A stretch of DNA of 34,145 nt, from NCBI GenBank assembly GCA_046758705.1, contig JBHIAT010000017.1, positions 1-34,145 of the forward strand, read 5' to 3'. Source of the stretch: Candidatus Bipolaricaulia bacterium. Lineage in GTDB: Bacteria; Bipolaricaulota; Bipolaricaulia; JBHIAT01. This document shows, piece by piece, positions 1 to 7,363 of the stretch. The translations under genes were made by a program, and so were the position numbers. Every line of letters begins with the position of its first letter. Position 1 is the first letter of the stretch. Below the pieces are notes generated by a model. It was not told the DNA's origin. It searched no databases and saw only the letters and a list, made by a program, of their open reading frames with translations.

Positions 1-101
1 ACATCGCCAACCAATACGGGCTTGCGGCGCTTGGGACACCAAATGAGGTGGTAGATAATAAGATGAACCCGATGCTCGTCTCTCATGTATTCCAGTGCCA
101 T
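1..101 (-). CDS. tnpA: IS200/IS605 Y1 (HUH) transposase TnpA, N-terminal part, truncated by the window edge
   Basis: Not in the ORF track. Hand translation from ATG 101 gives MALEYMRDEHRVHLIIYHLIWCPKRRKPVLVGD, containing the TnpA signature YHhhWCPKxRK. Confidence 0.9.
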   Translation of the reverse strand, partial: MALEYMRDEHRVHLIIYHLIWCPKRRKPVLVGD

Positions 102-198
102 GTTGTTTATAGTATAGCATGTAACGACACCAAGATCAACAGGCAGCCGCCTTATCCGCAGGGATTAAAACCTCGCAGCTTGCGGCGGCGTGATTTCG
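1..198 (-). mobile_element. Left end of an IS200/IS605-family element (continues past the window start)
   Basis: Minus strand reads TGAC|CGAAATCACGCCGCCG-CAAG-CTGCGAGGTTTTAATCCCTGCGG-ATAAGGCGGC: target tetranucleotide, guide and imperfect subterminal hairpin. A TATACT -10 and a Y1 transposase start follow. Confidence 0.85.
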
Positions 199-199
199 G

Positions 200-634
200 T
201 CAGTCGCGTGGAGGAGAAGCGGGGTGGAAGAGATGAGGATAGCGGTTCTCGGCTTCTTCCTCGGTGAGGGCCTGCTGGCGCTGGATCTCCTCGTCGATCT
301 CATCCGGATAGCGGCGGTAGTAGGCGAGCGCACTGCGCAACTGGATAGGTGTGAGCCAGTCATAGATCTCTTTAAGCCGCTCGAAGTCCTCGCTGCATTC
401 CTGGTAAGCTGTGATAACCTCCCAGACCTCCAAGCCGGTCCCGGCGATCACCGGCCGACGTCCGGTCGGGCCGTCCACGAAGGCGATCCCCGGACAACGG
501 CGCATGCGGATCGCTTCATCCAGGAGTTCCCGCACGACTGTGCTCTTCGGGCGGTGCTGCTCCTTGGCTAGCTCTTCCACAGCTTTCCGCGCTTCTTCTT
601 CTAACCTCACGCTAACACGAGCCGTCTTGGACAT
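200..634 (-). CDS. RHH/CopG-like + DUF433 domain putative antitoxin (VapB45-like)
   Basis: N-terminal RVSVRLEEE...KSTVVRELL ribbon-helix-helix pattern; DUF433 motif GRRPVIAGTGLEVWEVI...LTPIQLRSALAYY; SD AGGAGG. Confidence 0.85.
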   Translation of the reverse strand: MSKTARVSVRLEEEARKAVEELAKEQHRPKSTVVRELLDEAIRMRRCPGIAFVDGPTGRRPVIAGTGLEVWEVITAYQECSEDFERLKEIYDWLTPIQLRSALAYYRRYPDEIDEEIQRQQALTEEEAENRYPHLFHPASPPRD

Positions 635-648
635 GGATGTCCTCCTGT

Positions 649-680
649 TATGACAGTGTCATACATCGTTACCCATTATA
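649..680 (-). promoter_or_regulatory. TATAAT -10 box (675-680) plus perfect palindrome TATGACA-G-TGTCATA (649-663), probable autoregulatory operator
   Basis: A 7-bp perfect inverted repeat lies between the -10 box and the SD of the RHH antitoxin gene. Confidence 0.6.
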
Positions 681-739
681 CAGCTTGGCTGAGTCACTTT
701 CCACCAAAGGATGAGAGACGTGGCGTTAGCAACAATCAT
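659..739 (-). pseudogene. Probable 5' remnant of a DUF3368-type PIN toxin
   Basis: 26-codon ORF MIVANATSLILWWKV... starts 12 nt after the UPF0175 gene. Its first residues resemble the hhVSNxxPLI N-terminus of the PIN toxins that normally follow UPF0175. Confidence 0.5.
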
Positions 740-751
740 TGATAAGAAGGA

Positions 752-1027
752 TCAGGCTTCCTCTTCCAGGGCCTGTTTGAGTGCTTGGATATCTTGTTTG
801 AGTTCGTCGGGTTCGACGGTGATCGAGGGAAGTCCGTGTTTGGCCATGAGATCAGGAAGATCCCACCGATCCACGGAAAGCAACTCCACGGCCCGACTCT
901 GAGAGAGTTTGCCCTGGCGGAGAAGTCCCATGACAAAGGCTTCCTTGCTGGCCGCTTCGGGAGAATCAAATGAAACCATCAGTTCATCGGGAAGTTCGAG
1001 TTCAAACCGCAATTTCTGAGTACCCAT
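752..1027 (-). CDS. UPF0175 family protein (putative antitoxin)
   Basis: LLRQGKLSQSRAVELLSVDRWDLPDLMAKHGLP matches the UPF0175 pattern; start placed at ATG 1027 after AAGGGA. Confidence 0.85.
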   Translation of the reverse strand: MGTQKLRFELELPDELMVSFDSPEAASKEAFVMGLLRQGKLSQSRAVELLSVDRWDLPDLMAKHGLPSITVEPDELKQDIQALKQALEEEA

Positions 1028-1104
1028 GTTGTATCCCTTCTTCGTTGAGCTGAGGTTAGCCCAAGAAAGATATAACAATTTCATAGATGGAGACTACACA
1101 AAGC

Positions 1105-1181
1105 TGGTCGGGGAGACCCGATTTGAACGGGCGACCTCCTGCTCCCAAAGCAGGCGCGCTACCCAGCTGCGCCACTCCCCG
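1105..1181 (-). tRNA. tRNA-Pro (anticodon TGG), CCA encoded
   Basis: CGGGGAG...CTCCCCG-ACCA acceptor stem, anticodon arm CCTGC-TT-TGG-GA-GCAGG, T loop TTCAAAT, 77 nt. Confidence 0.97.
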
Positions 1182-1191
1182 ATGCCTGATC

Positions 1192-1265
1192 ATTATAGCC
1201 ACCCATCGGACCGACCGTCAAGCCGCTTTTGGACGGTTGAACCCTGATCCAAAGCGTTTTACAAT
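1192..1265. promoter_or_regulatory. Divergent sigma70-type promoters for tRNA-Pro (-) and pus10 (+)
   Basis: Minus: TTGACG(1221-1216)-18-TATAAT(1197-1192). Plus: TTGAAC(1237-1242)-17-TACAAT(1260-1265). Confidence 0.7.
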
Positions 1266-1273
1266 AAGGTAAG

Positions 1274-2530
1274 ATGGGAGACCTCGTCGAGACAGCCAAC
1301 CGCATTCTGGAAAAGTACCGACTCTGCGATCCGTGTCTGGGAAGACAGTTCGGCTGGCTGAGCACCGGGTTGACAAACGCGGCGCGGGGTCGAGCATTGC
1401 GGATCGCGGTCGCCCTCGACCGAGACGGGCCGATCTCGACGCTCCCGACCACACCATGCTGGCTCTGCGAGGGACGGTTCACCGAGCTCGACCGCTGGGC
1501 ACAGCGAGCAGTTTCTGCGGTTGCAGGAATCGAGTTCAAAACCTATCTGGTGGGAACACAGGTCCCGGAGTCGATCTCAGAACGAGAACAGGTGCTCATC
1601 CATGAGTTCGGGATCGACTCGCATGAGCCGTTCCAACGGGAGTTCAACCGTGAGGTCGGCAAACGGCTGTCTCAACTCCTTGAGGATCGGCAGGATAGAA
1701 CGGTGACCGTCGATTTCGACCGGCCGGAGGTCGTCCTGCTGTTAGAGCTTGACAGCAACCATATCAAGGTTCAAATTAACCCTCTATTCCTCTACGGACG
1801 GTACACGAAACAGGTCCGTGGTATCCCTCAGACCCACTGGCCGTGCCGGACATGTCGGGGGCGCGGTTGTGAGGCCTGTGACTATACGGGAAAGCGGTAT
1901 CCAGAGTCGGTCGAGGAGTTGATCGCCGAGCCGATCGTGGCAGCGACGCAGGGAAGTAAAGCGATGTTACACGGCGCCGGACGCGAGGACATCGATGCGC
2001 GAATGCTCGGCGACGGACGACCGTTCGTCCTGGAGGTCAAAGAGCCGAGGGTCCGCTGCCTTGATCTAAAAACCCTGGAGGCGGAGATCAACGCGCGCGC
2101 CCAAGGCAAGATCCAGGTCCGAGATCTTCGCACTGTAGGCGGGGAGGCGGTCGAGCGGGTCAAGTCTCTGAAGGCCGACAAGATCTATCGGATCCGGGTT
2201 CTGTTCGAACAGCCGGTGACGGAAGCGCAGCTTAACGGGGCGCTGGGTGAGCTCATCGGGGAGATCCGCCAGCGGACCCCGACCCGGGTCAGCCACCGAC
2301 GGGCGGACAAGGTCCGGATTCGCCAGGTGATCGAGGCATACGGAGAACTGACCGGGGATCGGGAGGCGGAAATCGAGATCCGGGGGGAGTCCGGCCTCTA
2401 TATCAAGGAGCTGATCTCCGGCGACGAAGGACGGACGAACCCGAGTCTCGCCGGCCTGTTAGGGGTCGATGCCCAGGTAGAGACGCTCGACGTGCTTGCG
2501 GTACTCGCAGATCTCGATGATCTGTCGTAA
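1274..2530 (+). CDS. pus10: tRNA pseudouridine(54/55) synthase Pus10, archaeal type
   Basis: N-terminal CxxC pairs (LCDPCLGRQF, CWLC); GRYTKQVRGIPQTHWPC; catalytic loop HGAGREDIDARMLG-GRPF; QRTPTRVSHRRAD; GLYIKELISGDEGRTNPSL. Confidence 0.95.
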   Translation: MGDLVETANRILEKYRLCDPCLGRQFGWLSTGLTNAARGRALRIAVALDRDGPISTLPTTPCWLCEGRFTELDRWAQRAVSAVAGIEFKTYLVGTQVPESISEREQVLIHEFGIDSHEPFQREFNREVGKRLSQLLEDRQDRTVTVDFDRPEVVLLLELDSNHIKVQINPLFLYGRYTKQVRGIPQTHWPCRTCRGRGCEACDYTGKRYPESVEELIAEPIVAATQGSKAMLHGAGREDIDARMLGDGRPFVLEVKEPRVRCLDLKTLEAEINARAQGKIQVRDLRTVGGEAVERVKSLKADKIYRIRVLFEQPVTEAQLNGALGELIGEIRQRTPTRVSHRRADKVRIRQVIEAYGELTGDREAEIEIRGESGLYIKELISGDEGRTNPSLAGLLGVDAQVETLDVLAVLADLDDLS

Positions 2531-2623
2531 TCTCCTCTGTATCGGTTGTCTGGAGCGAACTGTTTCTTGGTTTCCCCCTTGATTTTTGGTATAATAAGCT
2601 TGATGAGGGAGGGATGATCAAGA

Positions 2624-3298
2624 ATGTTCTTCCTATTGGGTCCCGGTTGGCTTCTACTGATACCGGCGCTGTTGCTTGCGACGTATGCCCAATGGAAGGT
2701 GAGGAGCACCTTCAACAAGTATGCGTCGCTGCAGAGCGCCTCTCGGATGACCGCCGGACAGATCGCCCGGAATCTGCTCGATCACGCCGGGCTCGGCCAA
2801 GTGAATATCGAGCCGGTCGCCGGAACGCTGACCGACCACTACGACCCGCGAAACAAGGTGTTGAGGCTCTCCGCTTCAACGAGTCGATCGGTGGCGGCGA
2901 TCGGGGTGGCCGCTCATGAGACGGGCCATGCGATCCAGCATGCCAGAGGGTACAGGCCGCTGGTGCTGCGGTCGGCGATCGTTCCAGTGGTGGGCTTCGG
3001 ATCAAACCTCGCGTTTCCGCTGTTTATCGCCGGGCTCTTGTTCCGTTATCCACCGCTGATGACTTTTGGTATCATCGCCTTCTCGCTGGCGGTGCTGTTC
3101 ACCCTGGTGACGCTGCCCGTTGAGTTCGACGCCAGCCGTCGGGCGGTCAAGCTGCTACACGGCGGAGGGTACGTCACCGATCATGAGGAGCGGGCGGTGC
3201 GCGAGGTTCTGAACGCCGCGGCGCTCACTTACGTGGCATCTGCCGCCATGGCCGCAGTGCAGTTGGTCCGAATGATCCTCCTTAGCCGAAGTCGATGA
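2624..3298 (+). CDS. Membrane zinc metallopeptidase (Zn_peptidase_2, YugP-like)
   Basis: LTDHYDP, AAHETGHAIQH (HExxH), TLPVEFDASRRA, VLNAAALTYVA. Confidence 0.92.
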   Translation: MFFLLGPGWLLLIPALLLATYAQWKVRSTFNKYASLQSASRMTAGQIARNLLDHAGLGQVNIEPVAGTLTDHYDPRNKVLRLSASTSRSVAAIGVAAHETGHAIQHARGYRPLVLRSAIVPVVGFGSNLAFPLFIAGLLFRYPPLMTFGIIAFSLAVLFTLVTLPVEFDASRRAVKLLHGGGYVTDHEERAVREVLNAAALTYVASAAMAAVQLVRMILLSRSR

Positions 3299-3960
3299 AA
3301 CTCCACCCATCTCTCCTGTCAGCGGACTTCAGTCGGCTGGTGGAGGAGGCGAAGACGGTCGCCGACAGTTCGGACGCCTTGCACGTCGACGTGATGGACG
3401 GTCACTTCGTCCCCAACATCACCATCGGCCCGCCGGTTGTCAACGCATTAAGACGAAACCTGGATATACCGTTCGATATCCACCTGATGATCAGCGATCC
3501 CAGAACCTACGCCGTGCGTTTCAATGTCAAGGTCTCGGATACCATCAGTTTTCACATCGAAATCACCGCCGAACCGACCCCGATCATCGAGACGATCCGA
3601 GATCACGGAGCCCGGGTCGGGATCGCGTTGAATCCCGAGACACCGGTAGAGGCCATCGAATCGGTTCTGGAAGCGGTGGATCAGGTGATCGTGATGGGTG
3701 TCCATCCCGGCTTCGGCGGCCAGACAATCATCCCATCCACTCTGGAGAAGATCGCTGCACTGCGCGAGGCGATCGATCAGAAGGGACTTTCGACTGAGAT
3801 CGAGGTCGACGGCGGGGTGAACCTGGAGAACCTGGAGCAAGTGCTAAACGCGGGGGCTGAGGTTATCGTCGCCGGATCGGCGATCTTCGCGAGCCCGGAT
3901 CGACAGGTGACGATCACACAGTTTCGAGAGATCGCCGCCCGCGCCCGGGTCGAATCCTGA
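3295..3960 (+). CDS. rpe: Ribulose-phosphate 3-epimerase
   Basis: PSLLSADF, HVDVMDGHFVPNITIG, DIHLM, PGFGGQ, EVDGGV, VAGSAIF; ATGA overlap with the upstream gene. Confidence 0.96.
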   Translation: MKLHPSLLSADFSRLVEEAKTVADSSDALHVDVMDGHFVPNITIGPPVVNALRRNLDIPFDIHLMISDPRTYAVRFNVKVSDTISFHIEITAEPTPIIETIRDHGARVGIALNPETPVEAIESVLEAVDQVIVMGVHPGFGGQTIIPSTLEKIAALREAIDQKGLSTEIEVDGGVNLENLEQVLNAGAEVIVAGSAIFASPDRQVTITQFREIAARARVES

Positions 3961-3971
3961 TCCTGGTAGTT

Positions 3972-5378
3972 TTACCACGGGTCGGAGCGAGGCACCTCAT
4001 CACCTGTCAGCTCCACCTCTAACTCTACCTCCCCAATCACTGCCGTCTTCCAGTGACCGAGCCGAAACCACAGAACTCCGATCAGTGCTGACATCACAAA
4101 TCCGATCACCATCGCCCACAGAACACCATGGACACCGAAGTCGAGCGTGAACCCGAAGAGCAGGGCGAGCGGGATCGGGATCACCCAGCGCTGCAGCAGC
4201 GAGCAGATCATCGCCGGCACGGTGCGCCCGGCGCCCTGGAACGCCCCCTGAATGATGCTGAGTGACCCCCAGAAGCCGGATGCCAGGACGATGATCCGCA
4301 GAAACGAAGCCCCGGCTTCGATCACCTCACGATCCTTAATGAAGATGCTTATAACCGGCTTGGGGAAAGCGAAGAACAACAGTCCGCCAACGGTGAGCAG
4401 GGCGAAGTCGAGGGCGGTCGCCCCCCAGGCGGCCCGCTCGGCGCGCTCAGGCCGGCGCGCCCCCAGATTCTGGCCCACGGTGGTACCGACCGCCTGTCCG
4501 ATCCCCATCGAGGTCGTCCACACCACCGACATGACCCGGGTGACCACCCCAAAGGCGGCGACCGGAATCGTCCCAAACCGGGCGACGATTGAGATCATCA
4601 CCACCGCCGATAGGCTTCGCACTGCCCCATCCAGGCTCGCCGGTGCCCCGATCTTGACCAACTGCTTGATGAGGGGTAGTTCAGGCCACAGATCCTTCCA
4701 GCTCACGTGGATCCCCCGACGTCCGGAGAACAGCAGATAGAGCCCGGCCCCGGCCGCCACGCCACGGGACAAGAGCGTGGCGATCGCCGCGCCACGCAGC
4801 CCAAGCGCCGGCAACCCGGCCCACCCCAAGATCAGAAATGGATCGAGGATCATATTCAGCCCGGTTGAGATGACCATCAGCCACATCGGCGTCAGCGCAT
4901 CGCCGGCGCCACGCAGCACCGACCACAACGCAAAGAAGCTCCAGGCAAACGGCAGGCCGGCGAAGATGATCCCAAGATAGTCCGATGCCAGAGGTAGCGT
5001 CTCCGCAGTTGCTCCCATCTGGGTCAGCAACCAACCCCGAGCCGGTATGGCAATGGCCGCCAGTGCCCCCGAGGCGAGCACGGCCAGGGTCACGGCCTGG
5101 CCGGCAACGCGATTCGCCCGCCTGTTCTCGCCGGCCCCAATGTACTGCGCCACCAATGCGGCACCCGCGATACTGGTCCCGGTACCTATTGCGATCGACA
5201 TCCAGACGGTCGGAAACGACAGCGAGATCGCCGCCACCGCCTCGGTGCTCACCCGCCCCACCCAGAACATGTCGGTGAGGTTATAAAACAGTTGCAGCCA
5301 GTTGCCCAAGACGAGCGGCCACGCCAGCCGAGCGAGGGCCGGGAAGATCGCGCCTTCGGTCAGATCGATCCGCTTCAT
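3972..5378 (-). CDS. MATE family efflux transporter
   Basis: DLTEG...LAWP, DMFWVG, RGAGDALTPM, NMILDP, GAAIAT, GQNLGA; about 12 hydrophobic segments in two halves. Confidence 0.93.
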   Translation of the reverse strand: MKRIDLTEGAIFPALARLAWPLVLGNWLQLFYNLTDMFWVGRVSTEAVAAISLSFPTVWMSIAIGTGTSIAGAALVAQYIGAGENRRANRVAGQAVTLAVLASGALAAIAIPARGWLLTQMGATAETLPLASDYLGIIFAGLPFAWSFFALWSVLRGAGDALTPMWLMVISTGLNMILDPFLILGWAGLPALGLRGAAIATLLSRGVAAGAGLYLLFSGRRGIHVSWKDLWPELPLIKQLVKIGAPASLDGAVRSLSAVVMISIVARFGTIPVAAFGVVTRVMSVVWTTSMGIGQAVGTTVGQNLGARRPERAERAAWGATALDFALLTVGGLLFFAFPKPVISIFIKDREVIEAGASFLRIIVLASGFWGSLSIIQGAFQGAGRTVPAMICSLLQRWVIPIPLALLFGFTLDFGVHGVLWAMVIGFVMSALIGVLWFRLGHWKTAVIGEVELEVELTGDEVPRSDPW

Positions 5379-6697
5379 CAGAGGTACCGCCCATCTTGGA
5401 AATCCCCCGCTGCGTCGAACGCCAGTGACTCAGGCTCACCGATCGGTTCAAGCTCCGGGTGCTCGTTGATCGACTCCAACAGGCTCTCAGAGACGAACAG
5501 CGTCTCGAGCTTTGCGGTGTTCTCGATCCATGCAATTCCCGCCTCTGGGGGGGAGACCCCGATTGAGGCGAGGCAGAGTTTCAGTGCTGCCCGATCGCTG
5601 TCGAAGTGCGGAGGGATGCGGGCCTTCTCCGGTCCGGTGCCGGTGAGCGCGTTAACGTAGGTGGTTCGGGGATCGAGCTTGTCGATCACGCGACGGTGTA
5701 CGATATCGGCCAGTCCAATCCCGGTCGCGTTGCCGTGGGATGCCTCCGTCAGGTCGCGCACGTAGATCCGTGAGATCGCGGGCCGCCGGGGCTCGGCCTG
5801 TCCGAGCACCATGATGCGGCCGATGACGTGGGTGTCCATTCCGGTACCGCTGATGTTCTTCCCCATCTCATCGACGATCAGCAGGTCGAGCGCGTCAAAC
5901 GGCAGGGTCGGCATCAGCTCCCTCGCCTGCTCAAGCAACGCCGGCTCGCGTTCGAACAGACGCTCGGGGGGAATCGCCTCAACGATCGCAGTCCGACCGT
6001 AAAAGTTCTCAACGATCGCCAACCCACCCAGGACCGGCAGTTGGTCTAAAACCACTCCGGCGATCTCCCGGATGGCCTGTTCCAGACCGATCCGAAACCC
6101 CCATCGGTGGACGGTCCGTGCCCCGATGGCTTTACCTATGCCAACGGCGAGCACCTTGAGCAGGCCGCTTCCGATCTTGCCTGAGAAGGAGGTGTGAGGT
6201 TTCACCCGGTTGACGATCAGGAGCCCATCGGCCTGAGACGCGATCCGGTCGACCACCACCGAGATGCCGGCCTCGGTCTCTCCGAGCACAACGGTGGCCA
6301 TCGTCCCTCGAATCGGGCAACCAATTGACGCTTCATTGATCCCTAGAGAGCGGAGCATCCCCAGTTGTCCGTCCACGGTCGCCCCGCCATGGCTGCCCAT
6401 CGCTGGAAACAGAAACGGCTTCGCTCCGATCGCCTTCAGATGGCCGATGACCTCCTGGAGAATTGGAACAATGTCGGAGATCCCCCGACTGCCTGCGGTT
6501 ACCGCCACCTGGGCACCCGGTTTCAGCCTGGAGCTCAGAGCCAGTCGTTCCAATTGCTCCCGAACGGTCTGCCCCAGATTATCTATCTCAACGGTCTCGA
6601 CCGACCGCCGAACCCGGATGAATTGCGGCAACATCTCATCGCGGATGTCAGCGATCGCCTCGAAGATCTCCTCGCCTGGGCTACCCTTGCCAGCCAT
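5378..6697 (-). CDS. LarA-like (DUF2088 / lactate racemase domain) protein
   Basis: VAVTAGSRGI, PAMGSHGGAT, NRVKPHT, MGKNISGTGMDT, SHGNATGIGLAD; TGATG coupling to the MATE gene; start taken at ATG 6697. Confidence 0.75.
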   Translation of the reverse strand: MAGKGSPGEEIFEAIADIRDEMLPQFIRVRRSVETVEIDNLGQTVREQLERLALSSRLKPGAQVAVTAGSRGISDIVPILQEVIGHLKAIGAKPFLFPAMGSHGGATVDGQLGMLRSLGINEASIGCPIRGTMATVVLGETEAGISVVVDRIASQADGLLIVNRVKPHTSFSGKIGSGLLKVLAVGIGKAIGARTVHRWGFRIGLEQAIREIAGVVLDQLPVLGGLAIVENFYGRTAIVEAIPPERLFEREPALLEQARELMPTLPFDALDLLIVDEMGKNISGTGMDTHVIGRIMVLGQAEPRRPAISRIYVRDLTEASHGNATGIGLADIVHRRVIDKLDPRTTYVNALTGTGPEKARIPPHFDSDRAALKLCLASIGVSPPEAGIAWIENTAKLETLFVSESLLESINEHPELEPIGEPESLAFDAAGDFQDGRYL

Positions 6698-6802
6698 TGT
6701 TCGTATCAATATATCACAGATGTGGATAGATTTGTATCATCACTCAGCATAGAGCTACAATGTGGCGTTAACTGGTATAATGGGTAACGGGTGAGGGATG
6801 GC

Positions 6803-7363
6803 ATGGCATTATGGATCATCGTCGGGATCATCGTAATCGGGTTGATCTGGGCGATCTCCGTTTACAACCGGATGATCCGGCTTCGGGTGCGAGCTGAAGA
6901 GGCGTGGCGGGATGTCGATACCCAGCTCAAGCGGCGCTACGACCTGATCCCCAACTTGGTCAACACCGTTAAAGGATACGCCAAGCACGAGCGAGAGGTT
7001 TTCGACCAGGTGAGCGAGGCGCGATCCCGGGCGATCGGTGCCCCGACACCGGGGGAGCAGGCGGAAGCGGAGAACCTGCTCACCGGTGCTCTCAGACAGC
7101 TGTTCGCCGTCGCCGAGGCCTACCCCGAACTGAAGGCCAACGAGAATTTTTTGGGTCTGCAACAGACGCTGGGTGATGTGGAAAGCGATATTCAGAAGTC
7201 AAGACGCTTCTATAATGCGGTCGTCCGCGATCTGAACATCGTCCTCCAGGTCTTCCCCAACAACATCCTGGCCGGAATCTTCGGTTTCACCGAGCGAGAG
7301 TTCTTCGAGCTCACCACCGATGAGGAGCGGATGAGCGTCGAGGTGAGTTTCGAACCAGGATGA
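6803..7363 (+). CDS. lemA: LemA family protein
   Basis: N-terminal TM, QLKRRYDLIPNLVNTVKGYAKHE, AVAEAYPELKANENF, RRFYNAVV, FPNN; start could also be GTG 6791. Confidence 0.95.
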   Translation: MALWIIVGIIVIGLIWAISVYNRMIRLRVRAEEAWRDVDTQLKRRYDLIPNLVNTVKGYAKHEREVFDQVSEARSRAIGAPTPGEQAEAENLLTGALRQLFAVAEAYPELKANENFLGLQQTLGDVESDIQKSRRFYNAVVRDLNIVLQVFPNNILAGIFGFTEREFFELTTDEERMSVEVSFEPG

